The notes beneath the pieces are model-generated. The model worked only from the letters and a program-made list of their open reading frames with translations. It was not told the origin of the DNA and did no database searches. Made by a program: the position numbers and the translations under genes. A stretch of 64,000 nt of DNA from an uncultured Verrucomicrobiae bacterium (GTDB lineage: Bacteria > Verrucomicrobiota > Verrucomicrobiia > Limisphaerales > UBA11358): assembly GCA_963755515.1 (NCBI GenBank), contig CAVWKA010000020.1, forward strand, positions 78,902-142,901, in the 5' to 3' direction. Shown piece by piece: positions 52,311-62,398 of the stretch. The number at the start of each line of letters is the position of its first letter. Positions within the stretch are counted from its first letter, which is position 1.

Positions 52311-53633
52311 ATGAAAAGGCAGGCCGGGCGGCAATTCTACAAAGTCGCGCTTATTGCATGGATCGCGTTCTCACTGGGCGGGGTGGCCCTGGCGCTCATT
52401 TTCCGGTCGCGCCTCTCGGCAGGCATCAGCGCCGGCCGCCGGATGGCTGAATCGCATTCGAACGAGGCCATGCTTTTTGCGGGTATCTTCGGGATTGGCG
52501 CGGGGATTTTGGCCCTATGGTTTTGTCAGATGGCGGCCGGTCACCGGAAGCGCGAACGCGACCTGACAGAGGCCAAACTCCACGCCGAGCACAGCAACCA
52601 GGAGAAGACGATATTTCTCGCCAATATGAGCCACGAAATCCGCACACCGATGAACGCGATCCTTGGCTTCAGCGAGTTGCTTGGACAGGAACTGGAAAAC
52701 CCGCGGCACCGTCAATACCTGCAATCCATTCGCACGAGCGCCAACTCGCTGTTGCAACTGATCAATGACGTCCTCGACGTGTCGAGGATTGAAACGGGCA
52801 TGACGGAACTGCGGCCCGAGGCGACGAATTTGCGTGAAATAACCGAGTTTGTCCAAACGCTCTTTTCCCAGGCAGCGGCGAAAAAGGGCATTAAATTGGA
52901 CTGCCATTTGCGGGAGGATTTTCCGGCGGCCATTTTGATTGATCGCCTCCGGCTGAGGCAAATTCTCGTGGACCTGGTCGGCAATGCCATAAAGTTCACC
53001 GACCGGGGCGAGGTGAAGTTGTCAGTATCCTGGGAAAAACAATCCGACGACCGAATTACGCTGGTCATCGAAATCCAGGACACGGGCGTGGGCATACCGC
53101 GGGACAAATTGGCGGCCATTTTCAAGCCATTTGTCCAATCCGGGGCGCATCAGAAGAAGGGAAAACAAGGGAGCGGACTCGGGCTGGCGATTGTGAAGCG
53201 GCTCACCGAGATTTTGGGCGGCACGGTCACCGTGGCGAGCGTTCTGGGAGAGGGTTCGGTGTTTCATTTGCGGTTCCCGAACGTGCCGGTTTCGGGGCGT
53301 TTTGCGGCTTCCGGAAAAGAGGGAGCCGTACCCGAACTGAATTTCAACGGACTTCGGCCTTCGAGGTTGTCGGCATCCCCGGAGACGGTGGCGGAATTGC
53401 GGGAACTGCTGGCGGGGCCGTGGCCGGCGATCCGTGACAGTGTGGCGGTGAACGAAAGCAAGCGCTTTGCGCAACGGCTGGAAGAGATCGGGCGGAGGCG
53501 GCAGTGCCAGCCGGTGATAGATTATGCTAGAAAATTGCTGGAAGATGCGGGAAATTACTCCGTAACTGACTTGGAGCAACATTTGGGGGAGTTCTCCACA
53601 TTGGTGGAACGATTGAATGGAGGCGGCAAATAA
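52311..53633 (+). CDS. Membrane histidine kinase
   Basis: FLANMSHEIRTPMNAI, N/G1/F/G2 boxes. Confidence 0.9.
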   Translation: MKRQAGRQFYKVALIAWIAFSLGGVALALIFRSRLSAGISAGRRMAESHSNEAMLFAGIFGIGAGILALWFCQMAAGHRKRERDLTEAKLHAEHSNQEKTIFLANMSHEIRTPMNAILGFSELLGQELENPRHRQYLQSIRTSANSLLQLINDVLDVSRIETGMTELRPEATNLREITEFVQTLFSQAAAKKGIKLDCHLREDFPAAILIDRLRLRQILVDLVGNAIKFTDRGEVKLSVSWEKQSDDRITLVIEIQDTGVGIPRDKLAAIFKPFVQSGAHQKKGKQGSGLGLAIVKRLTEILGGTVTVASVLGEGSVFHLRFPNVPVSGRFAASGKEGAVPELNFNGLRPSRLSASPETVAELRELLAGPWPAIRDSVAVNESKRFAQRLEEIGRRRQCQPVIDYARKLLEDAGNYSVTDLEQHLGEFSTLVERLNGGGK

Positions 53634-54807
53634 CATGACAGAGGCAACGAACGCGCCGGAACGCAAAGGCGATTCCGAAGCGAACGGCCCCGGTGCGGGC
53701 ATTTACCGCCAATTTGCCAATTTTCCCGCGGCCCGTGTCCTCGTCGTGGATGACCAGCCTGCGAACATTCAAATCATCGGTGCGGTGCTTGGGGGCCTTG
53801 GCCACGAGATTGTTCCGGCCTCGGACGGGCCAACGGCGCTCAAAAGGATGGAGGTGCGGCCGCCGGACATTGTTCTGCTCGACGTGTTGATGCCGGAGAT
53901 GGACGGCTACGAAGTCTGCCGCCAGTTGAAGGGCAACGCCAACTGGAAGGACATTCCCATCATTTTTCTATCGGCAGCGGACGACAAGGATTTGATTGTG
54001 CGGGCGTTGAACGCCGGGGGAGTGGATTATATCACCAAACCGTTCAACCACGCGGAATTGGTTTCGCGCGTGCATACGCAACTTTCGCTCAAGACGGCGC
54101 GGGACCGGCTCAAGCAGCTTGCCGAGGACAAGGATGAACTGCTGGGCATTCTGGCGCATGACTTGAAGAACCATCTTGGCGGCATGAATATGAGCGCTGA
54201 GGTGATGCGCGGACATGTTGAGCGGTTCGGCGACGAGCGATTGACGCGGCTATCCGATAATATCCTTCGATCGAGCGCGCAACTGCTATATTTTTTGAAG
54301 GAGTTTCTCGCCAATTCGGCCTCCGACAACGCCTTTGTGGCCAAACCGGGCGTGGTGAATTTCACGGATCTGGCGGCAGGCGTCGTGCGGCAATATCAGG
54401 AAGCGGCGCGGCGAAAGGACTTGAAGCTCCAGACGTTTTTTCCGCCGGAAGAGACCCGGGTGGTGGCTGACGCCTCGGCGCTGGTGCAGGTATTGGATAA
54501 TTTGCTGTCCAACGCGCTCAAATTCTCGCCGTCGGGCAAAAAGATAATGGTTTCAGTGCGCGCCGCCGACGGCCAGGTGGAGGGGACCGTTCGGGACGAG
54601 GGGCCTGGATTTACGGAGGCGGACAAGGCCAAGATGTTTCGGCGCTACGCGCGGCTTTCGGCGCGTCCGACTGGCGGAGAGCCGTCAACTGGGTTAGGAT
54701 TGAGCATCGTCCGCAAGCTGATGCGGGCGATGGGAGGAGAGGTATCCTGCGAGAGCCAACCGGGGAAGGGAGCCACATTTGCGATACGGCTCCCGAAAGC
54801 AAAATGA
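53617..54807 (+). CDS. Hybrid receiver-histidine kinase
   Basis: VLVVDD REC, AHDLKN, NALKFS, STGLGL. Confidence 0.92.
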   Translation: MEAANNMTEATNAPERKGDSEANGPGAGIYRQFANFPAARVLVVDDQPANIQIIGAVLGGLGHEIVPASDGPTALKRMEVRPPDIVLLDVLMPEMDGYEVCRQLKGNANWKDIPIIFLSAADDKDLIVRALNAGGVDYITKPFNHAELVSRVHTQLSLKTARDRLKQLAEDKDELLGILAHDLKNHLGGMNMSAEVMRGHVERFGDERLTRLSDNILRSSAQLLYFLKEFLANSASDNAFVAKPGVVNFTDLAAGVVRQYQEAARRKDLKLQTFFPPEETRVVADASALVQVLDNLLSNALKFSPSGKKIMVSVRAADGQVEGTVRDEGPGFTEADKAKMFRRYARLSARPTGGEPSTGLGLSIVRKLMRAMGGEVSCESQPGKGATFAIRLPKAK

Positions 54808-54819
54808 ACGACATGATAT

Positions 54820-56184
54820 ATGGATTTTCTAGTAATTGACGACGACAAGACATTTCGGGACGCGACCTGCTTTCTGATTGAGGAGGCGGACCATTACGCG
54901 GAGGGGGTTGAGTCGGGCAGATTGGCGATCGAATGGCTCAAGGACGAAAAATGGGATGCCGTGCTCCTGGATTTGAATCTCGGCGCAGAGAACGGTTTGG
55001 ACGTGCTGACGGAGATTCAGAAAAAATATCCGCAAATGCCGGTGGTGATGTTCACGGCACAGGGAAGCATCAAACATGCTGTTGAAGCGATGCGGCGCGG
55101 CGCCGTGGATTTCCTGGAAAAGCCCTTCCAGCGGGAACAGTTCACCACGGTGCTGGCGCGATTGCAGCGTCTCCGTCAAATGAGCCAGCGCATCGAGCGG
55201 CTGGAACAGGAAGTGGTGGAGACGAAATCACAAAGTGTGGAGCCGATTTTCGATTTCACGACGCCGGTGATGCAGGCGGTGATGGACACGCTGATGCGGG
55301 CGGCGAAGACCCCGGCATCCATCCTGATTTTCGGTGAAACGGGGACGGGCAAAAGCGTGGCGGCGCGGGCGATTCACGAGAAGAGCCATTTGGCGGACAA
55401 GCCGTTTGTGACGGTGAGTTGTCCGAGCCTGTCGAAGGAGCTTTTGGAGAGTGAACTATTCGGGCACGTCAAAGGGTCGTTCACCGGGGCGATCAAGGAC
55501 CATTGGGGCAAGGTGCGCGCCGCCGAAGGCGGGACATTGTTTCTGGATGAGATCGGGGACCTGCCGATGGAAATTCAACCCAAACTGCTGCGCCTGCTGC
55601 AGGAACGGGAATACGAGCGGCTGGGGGAAAATGTCACGCGCGGCGCCAGTGTGCGAGTGATTGCCGCGACGAACCGGGATTTGAAAAAGCGCGTGGCGGA
55701 AGGCGCCTTTCGCGAAGATTTGTATTTTCGTCTGAACGTGATTTCCGTGGAGATGCCGCCGCTCCGCGCGCGGGATGCCGACCTGGTGCATTTCGCCGAG
55801 CACTACGAAAAATTCTTTGCCGAACAATGCGGCCGCAAGATGGAGGGGCTGTCTCCCGAAGCGATGTCGCTGATACTGAATTATTCCTGGCCGGGGAACC
55901 TGCGCGAATTGCGCAATGCCATCGAGCGGGCGGTGATCCTGGCCCGGAGTGAAAAGCTGGCGCCGGACGATTTTTCCGCGGAGATGCGCGGACAAACGTC
56001 CGCGGGCGCCTCCAACGGCGGGGGTGTGCCGCAGGTTGGCTCGCTCGTCTCGCTTGACCAGCTTGAGGAAGCGCATTTGCGGAAGATCTTGGAGCGGAGC
56101 AAGAGCCTGACGGAGGCGGCGGACATTCTGGGCATTGATCAGGCGACACTCTATCGCAAGCGGAAGAAAATTGGATTGGAATAA
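54820..56184 (+). CDS. Sigma54-dependent response regulator
   Basis: REC, GETGTGKS, GSFTGA, HTH. Confidence 0.93.
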   Translation: MDFLVIDDDKTFRDATCFLIEEADHYAEGVESGRLAIEWLKDEKWDAVLLDLNLGAENGLDVLTEIQKKYPQMPVVMFTAQGSIKHAVEAMRRGAVDFLEKPFQREQFTTVLARLQRLRQMSQRIERLEQEVVETKSQSVEPIFDFTTPVMQAVMDTLMRAAKTPASILIFGETGTGKSVAARAIHEKSHLADKPFVTVSCPSLSKELLESELFGHVKGSFTGAIKDHWGKVRAAEGGTLFLDEIGDLPMEIQPKLLRLLQEREYERLGENVTRGASVRVIAATNRDLKKRVAEGAFREDLYFRLNVISVEMPPLRARDADLVHFAEHYEKFFAEQCGRKMEGLSPEAMSLILNYSWPGNLRELRNAIERAVILARSEKLAPDDFSAEMRGQTSAGASNGGGVPQVGSLVSLDQLEEAHLRKILERSKSLTEAADILGIDQATLYRKRKKIGLE

Positions 56185-56904
56185 ATGCCGCCGAAAAAGA
56201 AATCCAGAGATGATCTTGAAGGACTTGAGCGCGAAAACGCGCGATTACGGGGCGATTTGCTGGCGATTGGGCGCAGGGTGAGCCACGATTTGCGCACGTC
56301 CCTCGGCGGCATCTCCGTTTCGGTGGAATTGCTCAAGGAAACAATGGGCAAAGACGAGACGGCGATGGAAGCCTTCCACGCGTTGACGCAATCCGTGGAC
56401 GAACTCAACCGTCTGATCAAAACCTTCAGCGTGCTGGCGAAAGCCACGGCCAATCCGCCGCCGATGGAGCGAGTCCCGATGGGCGAGATTGTCTGGGGCG
56501 TCAGGGAGCAATTGGAACGGCAGCGCGCGAGCCGTGGCGCCACGGTGACCGCGCCGGATTCCTGGCCGGAGGTGGCGGGAATCCCCGGGTGGCTCGAGTT
56601 TATCTGGTGGAATTTCCTGGCCAACGCCCTTCGGTACGGCGGATTGAAGATTGAACTGGGCTGGGCGCGCGAAAAGGACGGATTCCGGTTCTGGATTCAC
56701 GACAACGGCAAGGGTGTCACGGGTCCGGGCCGGGGGCAGTTGTTTCAACCGTTCGATTCGATGCATCGGTCCGACAGCGCGCGGGGCCTGGGATTGTCGG
56801 TTGTGCAACGGCTGGTGGCATTGCAGCACGGCGAATGCGGGTATGAAGAGGATGCCGGCGGGGGTCCGCGCTTTTATTTCACCTTGCGGGAGAGCCTTGA
56901 ATAA
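56185..56904 (+). CDS. Sensor-less histidine kinase
   Basis: SHDLRT, NALRY, DNGKG, GLGLS. Confidence 0.85.
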   Translation: MPPKKKSRDDLEGLERENARLRGDLLAIGRRVSHDLRTSLGGISVSVELLKETMGKDETAMEAFHALTQSVDELNRLIKTFSVLAKATANPPPMERVPMGEIVWGVREQLERQRASRGATVTAPDSWPEVAGIPGWLEFIWWNFLANALRYGGLKIELGWAREKDGFRFWIHDNGKGVTGPGRGQLFQPFDSMHRSDSARGLGLSVVQRLVALQHGECGYEEDAGGGPRFYFTLRESLE

Positions 56905-57720
56905 ACGAAGAATGAAGAATGAAGAATGAAAAAATGCCGATTGCCGATTGTCGATTGGGCTGAATGACTGATGACTAAACCGTAATAACGAAGGAACGAC
57001 TAATGAATGAAGAATGAATTGTGGGCGAGGATGGAGGATTGAGGATGGGAGATGGAAAGGGACAATCGTCTGTCGTCAGTAGTTCGTAGTCAGCAGATTT
57101 TAGAAATGGAAAGCGGAAACGCGCGGTGTGTACGAGGATTGGATTTGAAATTAAGAGTATTTAAAAATCGCCTCCTCTCCCCAGCCCTCTCCTCCAATAC
57201 GAATTGGAGGAGAGGGAGACGAAGGGGACGCCGATCGTGTTTTGGAAGGTTTCGCCAAATTCTGCGCCTTCCCAAAAGCGGCGTCGCGCTTCGCTTGCCG
57301 CCGCACTCCAAGACGCTTCCGGAGGATTTATGATTTACGATTTATGATTTATGATTTACGGGGCCATGTTTTTTAGAATCGCCTTCTCGCCATGAATTCA
57401 GGGGACCCACACCTCACCCTGACCCTCTCCCCTCCCATCGGATGGGAGCGGAGAGGGGATCCGTCTTAGGCGCGCTACGACGGGACAGGCAGCAGGCGGG
57501 CGCCGATCCGGAGGATTTACGATATACGATTTGCGATTTGTGATTTACGAGGCCATGTGTTTTTTAGATCGCCTCCTCTCCCCGACCGCATGGATTAGTT
57601 TTTTCCCTTCGGCCCTCACCCGGTCCCGCTGTGGGACCACCCTCTCCCGCTCCCCGCGGGCGAGGGACAATCTCCTCCAATAGGAATTGGAGGGGAGGGA
57701 GACGAAGGGGACGGGTCTTG
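56905..57720. repeat. Mosaic of heptamer tracts and nested REP-like hairpins
   Basis: GAATGAA, GATTTAY, GATTGCC tracts; several CCCTCTCC..GGAGAGGG hairpins. Confidence 0.8.
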
Positions 57721-57847
57721 CAGTTTCGTCGTTCTGGGGTACGGTTCACGGGACGGAACCGGGTCCATCGGCGGCTGAACAGTTCAAGAAGACCGGGTGT
57801 CAATAGAGAGGTGGGGAAGGGCGATAAACCAGGCGGTTCCGCAAACG

Positions 57848-59701
57848 ATGCGATTTCAAAATATAACACTTAAGCGGAAGCTGACGGGAATCATATTTCT
57901 CACCAGTTTGTCGGTGTTATTTTTGACGTGCCTGATGCTGTTGTACTATGAAATTCACAGCTACCGGCAGGTCATGGCGCGCAACATGTCCACTTTGGCG
58001 GATGTCATCGCCGCGAACAGCTCTGAAATTTTAATTTTCAACGATCAAAAACTGGCCCGCGAGATTCTTTCAGATTTGCAGGTTGAGCCGCAGATCACGG
58101 CGGCGGCGCTGTACGACAACAACGGGAAATTATTTGCCACGTATCCGGCGAGCCTGACGCCCGGGGATTTTCCGGGGGCGGTCAGCGCCAATGGCGTTCG
58201 TTTCAAGGGTGAATATTTGACGCTTTACACGCCAATTTTCCAGAGCCAGACGCGGGTGGGGACGCTGTATCTCAAGGGCAATTTGAAATTAAAGGAACAC
58301 TTAAAGGTTTATACGGTGGTCCTGCTCATCGTTTTGGCAGGCTCGGGCGCGGTGGCCTGGCTGCTTTCCATATATTTTCAACGGCAGATTTCCGAGCCGC
58401 TGCTGGCGCTGGCCGACGTCGCCAGGGCCATTTCCGTGAAAAAAGATTTTTCCGTCCGCGCCCTGAAAACGAGCAGTGGCGAACTGGGGGTATTGACGGA
58501 CGCCTTCAATTCGATGCTGAACCAAATCCAGAAGAGCCACGAGGAGACCCTGGCCGCATCGCGGGCGAAAGACGATTTTCTGGCGGCGCTTTCGCACGAA
58601 CTGCGCACGCCGCTCAGCCCGGTTCTGCTCGCGGCGAGCGACGCGGCAGGCAATGCGCGATTGTCCGCCGAGACGCGGGCTGACTTTGAGATGATTCGGC
58701 GGAACGTGGAACTCGAGGCGCGGTTGATTGACGATTTGCTCGATCTCACGCGGATCACCCGGGGCAAGCTGGCGCTGGAGCGGCTGGGGATCAATGTACA
58801 CGATGTTCTGCGCGAAGCCGTGGCCACCGTGAGCGCCGATGCCGGGAGGAAACAAATCGAATTGGCATTGGATTTTGGCGCTGCTCCATCAGTGGTGGTG
58901 GGTGATTCTGTGCGGTTGCAACAGGTTTTTTGGAATGTCCTCAAGAACGCCGTGAAATTCACGGCTGAAGGCGGCAAAATCACGGTCAAAACTTCCACCC
59001 AAAATCACGCGATGGCGGTAAAAATCATTGACACAGGAATCGGCCTTAACGCCGGGGAGATCGCGCGGGTTTTTGACGCTTTTTCGCAGGGGGACCATGC
59101 CACCGGCGGCGGCTCGCATCGCTTTGGCGGTTTGGGGCTGGGTCTGGCCATATCGCGAATGCTGGTGGAAATGCACAAGGGGACCATCCGCGCCGAAAGC
59201 GCCGGGCGCGGGAAAGGCTCGACGTTTGTCATTGAATTGCCGCTCGCGCCATCTCCCGCCGGGGCCGAAGCCGCGCCGGCGGTTGTCCCGCCGGAAAAGT
59301 CATTGACGGATGGGGCGGCAAAACCACCGGGGCAATCGGTTTCGATATTGTTGGTGGAAGACCACGAACCGACGCGGGCCACGCTGGCGAAATTGCTTCG
59401 GCGCCGGCAATATCAGGTGGCGACGGCTGCGACGGTGGCGGAGGCGCGGGCGGTGGTGGGTGCCAACGGGAAAAAATTCGATCTGCTCATCACGGACATC
59501 GGGCTTCCTGATGGCAATGGTTACGAATTGATGGTTGAATTGCGGCGGCATTATAAGGGTCTCAAGGGGATTGCGCTGACGGGATATGGGATGGAGCAGG
59601 ACCTGGCGCGGAGCGAGGCGGCGGGATTTGCGGAACATTTGACCAAGCCGGTGCGGATGGAATCTTTGGAAAAGGCGCTGGCGCAAATGAATGAGGAATG
59701 A
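57848..59701 (+). CDS. Hybrid sensor histidine kinase (periplasmic sensor, HAMP, HisKA, REC)
   Basis: Two TMs, LSHELRTPL, GLGLGL, ILLVED..DIGLPDGNG. Confidence 0.92.
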   Translation: MRFQNITLKRKLTGIIFLTSLSVLFLTCLMLLYYEIHSYRQVMARNMSTLADVIAANSSEILIFNDQKLAREILSDLQVEPQITAAALYDNNGKLFATYPASLTPGDFPGAVSANGVRFKGEYLTLYTPIFQSQTRVGTLYLKGNLKLKEHLKVYTVVLLIVLAGSGAVAWLLSIYFQRQISEPLLALADVARAISVKKDFSVRALKTSSGELGVLTDAFNSMLNQIQKSHEETLAASRAKDDFLAALSHELRTPLSPVLLAASDAAGNARLSAETRADFEMIRRNVELEARLIDDLLDLTRITRGKLALERLGINVHDVLREAVATVSADAGRKQIELALDFGAAPSVVVGDSVRLQQVFWNVLKNAVKFTAEGGKITVKTSTQNHAMAVKIIDTGIGLNAGEIARVFDAFSQGDHATGGGSHRFGGLGLGLAISRMLVEMHKGTIRAESAGRGKGSTFVIELPLAPSPAGAEAAPAVVPPEKSLTDGAAKPPGQSVSILLVEDHEPTRATLAKLLRRRQYQVATAATVAEARAVVGANGKKFDLLITDIGLPDGNGYELMVELRRHYKGLKGIALTGYGMEQDLARSEAAGFAEHLTKPVRMESLEKALAQMNEE

Positions 59702-59966
59702 GGATTGGGGATTGAGGAATGGGGATTGAGGAATGAGGAATGAAGAAGGAAACGACGAAGACGGGATTTAACCGCGAATTAATGCGAATGGATGCGAATG
59801 GAAAAGGGGAAAAGAACGTTCTCACGCAACGATCGCAAAGGCCGCGAAGAAATGGGAAAGGATGGTCTTTTCAAGAAAAACAGCTTGCGCCATCGGTGAG
59901 GTTTTTTGGCCATTTGTGTGAGGCTCTGCTTGAATGAATCCAAAGGAACATCCAGACTCAAACCCC

Positions 59967-60434
59967 ATGCAAATTCAAAATCCTTCCCTCAATGAAAATG
60001 AACTTTCCAAAATCATTCTCGACGCCGCGTTCAAAATTCACAACCGGACCGGTCCGGGATTGTTTGAAAGCGTTTATGAAGTAACGCTCGCGCACGAACT
60101 GCGCAAGCAGGGGCTTCACGTCGAGCGTCAGGTCCCCGTCCCGATTCGCTACGATGACCTCACTTTTGACGAAGGCTTTCGCGCGGACCTTCTGGTCGAA
60201 GACAAAGTGATCGTGGAATTGAAGTCCATCGAACAACTCGCCAAGGTCCACAGCAAGCAGGTCCTCACCCAGCTTCGTTTGAGCGGCCACCGTCTGGGTT
60301 TGTTGCTTAACTTTGGCGAAACACGGCTCAAACACGGCATCGAACGGATCGTCAACGGATTGCCTGACGAAAAACGGACCGGCATTGTTGCCAGACTTAA
60401 TTCTTTCTTTGCGACCTTTGCGAACTTTGCGTGA
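59967..60434 (+). CDS. GxxExxY protein (PD-(D/E)XK nuclease family)
   Basis: GPGLFESVY, FRADLLVEDKVIVELKS, GLLLNF. Confidence 0.92.
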   Translation: MQIQNPSLNENELSKIILDAAFKIHNRTGPGLFESVYEVTLAHELRKQGLHVERQVPVPIRYDDLTFDEGFRADLLVEDKVIVELKSIEQLAKVHSKQVLTQLRLSGHRLGLLLNFGETRLKHGIERIVNGLPDEKRTGIVARLNSFFATFANFA

Positions 60435-60831
60435 GGCCATTTTTCAAGATGGGAAGCTGGAAGAGTCTGAACAACCACATTACCTGGCGCGCCGGACAAA
60501 GGCCAAATCATGCGGATGGGAACTTGCGAGGTGAAAAGTCATGGGTTGATCCCTTTGCCCACCTGTAGTTACAACCGCGAATGGACCGGTCTTCGCTCAG
60601 AAGCTACGACCCGGCACGCGCGGATTGACACGAAGGGACCGGTCTTCGCTCAGAGCTACGGCCCGGCACGCGCGAATTTGACACGAGCAACGGGCCGGAC
60701 AGAGACGGATTTTGGATTGAAACAAGGAAGGCTCTTGTTTCAGTTCTTGCCTTCAGAATGAAATAAGCATTTCCTGTCAGGCGTGGTGATTGTAGCTTGC
60801 ATGACCCGTATTTTTATGGAAAATTAGGAAC

Positions 60832-61023
60832 GTGAGCGCACTGGAAATCATTGAACAAATTAAAGCGTTGCCATCGGACGAGCGGGCGCAGGTGGCTAAA
60901 TTCGTAGTCGAATCCGATGATTCATGGGTTCCGGAAGAGTTCAAACAAGGCATGGCTGACATTGCCGCAGGTCGCGTGGTGGATTTGGATACCGCTTTGA
61001 ATGAGCCATATCCGGGCGACTAA
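60832..61023 (+). CDS. Putative antitoxin
   Basis: 63 aa, acidic, IIEQIKALP..ERA; TAATG-coupled to a RelE-like gene. Confidence 0.7.
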   Translation: MSALEIIEQIKALPSDERAQVAKFVVESDDSWVPEEFKQGMADIAAGRVVDLDTALNEPYPGD

Positions 61024-61298
61024 TGAAGTATCGTTTTCGCGCTGCAAAGTCCTTTTGGCGCAGTTGGAGCAGGCTGTCAGAAGTGCAGCAGCGGGCGGCG
61101 GGGCAGACGTTTCCGATTTTCAAAGCCAACCCATTTGATGCGCGCTTGCGGACGCACAAGATTCACAGGCTTTCCGCCCAATACGGCCGCGCAATCTACG
61201 CCGTGGACATCGCGGGCGATTTGAGGGCGACGTTCTACGTGGAGGGCGAAACCGTTTGGTCCGTGTCCATTGGCACGCATGACATCTACAAGGGATAG
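61023..61298 (+). CDS. RelE/ParE-superfamily toxin
   Basis: 91 aa, basic, NPFDARLRTHK, DLRATF, IGTHDIY. Confidence 0.8.
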   Translation: MKYRFRAAKSFWRSWSRLSEVQQRAAGQTFPIFKANPFDARLRTHKIHRLSAQYGRAIYAVDIAGDLRATFYVEGETVWSVSIGTHDIYKG

Positions 61299-61486
61299 AT
61301 TCTGATACTGACATAGGATACTGTTTGCCATTTTTCCCGCAAACCACAGTCAAATCATTGTGGAAGAAGATGAGACTTCATATTCAACAGCAGTTGTTCA
61401 TTGGCGTTTATTGGCGGTTAAATTATTTTCTCCACCTGTAGTTGCAACCGCGAATGGACGCGAATGGAAAAGGGGAAAAGAACGTT

Positions 61487-61726
61487 CTCACGCAAAGGTC
61501 ACAAAGGCCGCGAAGAAATGGGAAAGGATGGTCTTTTCAAGAAAAACAGCTTGCGCCACCCAGCTTCGTTTGAGCGGCCACCGTCTGGGTTTGTTGCCTA
61601 ACTTTGGCGAAACACGGCTCAAACACGGCATCGAACGGATCGTCAACGGATTGCCTGACGAAAAACGGACCGGCATTGTTGCCAGACTTAATTCTTTCTT
61701 TGCGACCTTTGCGACCTTTGCGTGAG
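61487..61726 (+). pseudogene. Internally deleted copy of the GxxExxY element
   Basis: Matches 59821-59892 joined to 60267-60435. Confidence 0.88.
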
Positions 61727-61903
61727 GCCATTTTTCAAGATGGGAAGCTGGAAGAGTCTGAACAACCACATTACCTGGCGCGCCGGACAAAGGCCAAATC
61801 ATGCTGAGAGGAACTTGCGAGGTGAAAAGTCATGGGTTGACGCCTTTTCTGCATCGACACATGACGAAGGCGGTGAACCATGAACCGGCTTCGACTCGTC
61901 GGC

Positions 61904-62398
61904 TCAATCGAGGAATGCGACGTTGCCCGGCGACACGTCCAGCAAATAAATGCCGCGTGCCTCAAACGCCGCCAGTATTTTTTCAACCGTCGGCCAGCGC
62001 CATTCAAATTGCTCGCGCTTTTCCACCTCCCAATCGCTCCAGATTTCGGCGGCGAATTCAGGGCGGGCGTCCAAATGGGCACCCGCGAAATCCAGGACGA
62101 AGGGACGCCGAACGATGGTCATTTCAATGACCATCAAATCGTCGGCGCAGCCGAGGAATTGCGGCACATTGAATCCCATGACGCTGCGGATGGCCGCTGC
62201 TTGAAGGCGCTCATAGACCCGCTTCTCCCGCAAATACGCCTCGTTTTCTTTGAGCAGTTTGACAGCACTTTCACCCGGTTTGTCCTTGTTTTTTGCCACC
62301 AAAATGATACCGTCTTTGCCAGAGCCCAGCGTTTCGGCTATTTCGAGTTGATGTCCAGCGGCATAGAGCCGGGCGCGGGGAATCAAATTTTCGTTCAT
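61904..62398 (-). CDS. Small protein-kinase-like protein
   Basis: LGSGKDG, AVK, YLREKRVY, VLDFAG, IYLLDVSPGNV. Confidence 0.7.
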   Translation of the reverse strand: MNENLIPRARLYAAGHQLEIAETLGSGKDGIILVAKNKDKPGESAVKLLKENEAYLREKRVYERLQAAAIRSVMGFNVPQFLGCADDLMVIEMTIVRRPFVLDFAGAHLDARPEFAAEIWSDWEVEKREQFEWRWPTVEKILAAFEARGIYLLDVSPGNVAFLD

